DNA of 64,000 nt, taken from contig CALXTW010000005.1 in assembly GCA_944391515.1 (NCBI GenBank), positions 5,127-69,126 on the forward strand. Reading direction: 5' to 3'. Origin of the DNA: an uncultured Alphaproteobacteria bacterium (GTDB lineage: Bacteria; Pseudomonadota; Alphaproteobacteria; RF32; CAG-239). The position numbers were made by a program, and so were the translations under genes. The number at the start of each line of letters is the position of its first letter. Within the stretch, counting starts at the first letter, position 1. This document shows, piece by piece, positions 63,448-64,000 of the stretch. Under the pieces are notes generated by a model. It was not told the DNA's origin, made no database searches, and saw nothing but the letters and a program-made list of their open reading frames with translations.

Positions 63448-64000
63448 TATGAAAAAAAATTTGAAAAAACATAGACCAGGCTCTCAGCTCAACAAAAAAC
63501 ACAATCTTCCTAAGAAATCTCATCAAGAACAGTTTTTAGGTATCGGACCGAAAATCATTAATTCTATCCTCATTGGGTTGCATGAGGAAGATTATATTCA
63601 TGTGCGCAAAATTGCCGATGGCTTAGATGAGTATGAACTTGCCAGTTTGCTCGAAAGTTTGAGTATTCATGACCGGCAAAAATTGGTTGAGGTTTTGGGT
63701 AACCGCCTTAATCCTGAAGTATTTCCTGAATTAAATGATGTTGTTCAAGAGCAAATCATTGACAGTATGGATGAAAAACAAATCGTTCATATCGTTAATG
63801 AGTTGGATTCAGATGATGCTGTTGAAATTTTGGAGCATATGGATGATGACGAACAAAAGAAAATTATTCGTCAACTCTCTCCAGAACTAAAAGTTCAAGT
63901 CCAATCGTCTTTAAGCTATCCGGAAGATTCGGCCGGACGTATTATGGAACGCCAATTTGTCAGTATGCCTGACGATTGGACCGTTAAAGAAGCAAAAAAG
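63448..64000 (+). CDS. mgtE: Magnesium transporter MgtE, N-terminal part (continues beyond the window)
   Basis: Absent from the ORF track because there is no stop in the window. AGGGAGGGG RBS with ATG at 63448. The MgtE_N domain (...DEYELASLLESLSIHDRQKLVEVL...DSDDAVEILEHMDDDEQKKII) is followed by the start of the CBS pair (AGRIMERQFVSMPDDWTVKEA). Confidence 0.8.

Overview
Low-GC (by eye, high-30s %) chromosomal segment from an alphaproteobacterium. The lineage call rests on ctrA, ccrM, an alpha-type sspB and a circularly permuted two-piece tmRNA gene. The backbone is housekeeping: fmt (partial), cysE, alaS, map, radC, trxB, greA, yqeY-dnaG-rpoD, rnhB, rlmE, tldD/pmbA, an rsmB-like gene, mgtE (partial), four tRNAs, and flagellar genes. 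The flagellar genes are fliI-fliJ next to ctrA, plus a flhB-C-like gene and flgB-flgC-fliE behind a textbook sigma-54 promoter. Interspersed accessory patches look typical of host-associated or intracellular bacteria (inference): an ankyrin-repeat protein, a Ulp1/C48-like cysteine protease, a MORN-like repeat protein, Cys-nucleophile alpha/beta hydrolases, and many orphan ORFs. The most unusual items are as follows. (1) Two tRNA loci are each followed directly by a GC-rich tandem array of just over two copies. After tRNA-Leu the 191-bp unit re-creates the last 15 nt of the tRNA in every copy. After tRNA-Arg the 135-bp unit carries its own terminator hairpin. (2) A related-looking GC-rich multi-hairpin module sits at 34.0 kb. 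(3) A 111-aa protein with 28 Cys in alternating C-x-C runs is encoded 16 nt downstream of trxB. (4) The permuted tmRNA has a non-canonical T-loop and lies immediately upstream of sspB. There are no CRISPR array, rRNA, transposase or integrase genes in the window. All functional calls come from reading the translations and motifs by eye; no database search was run.
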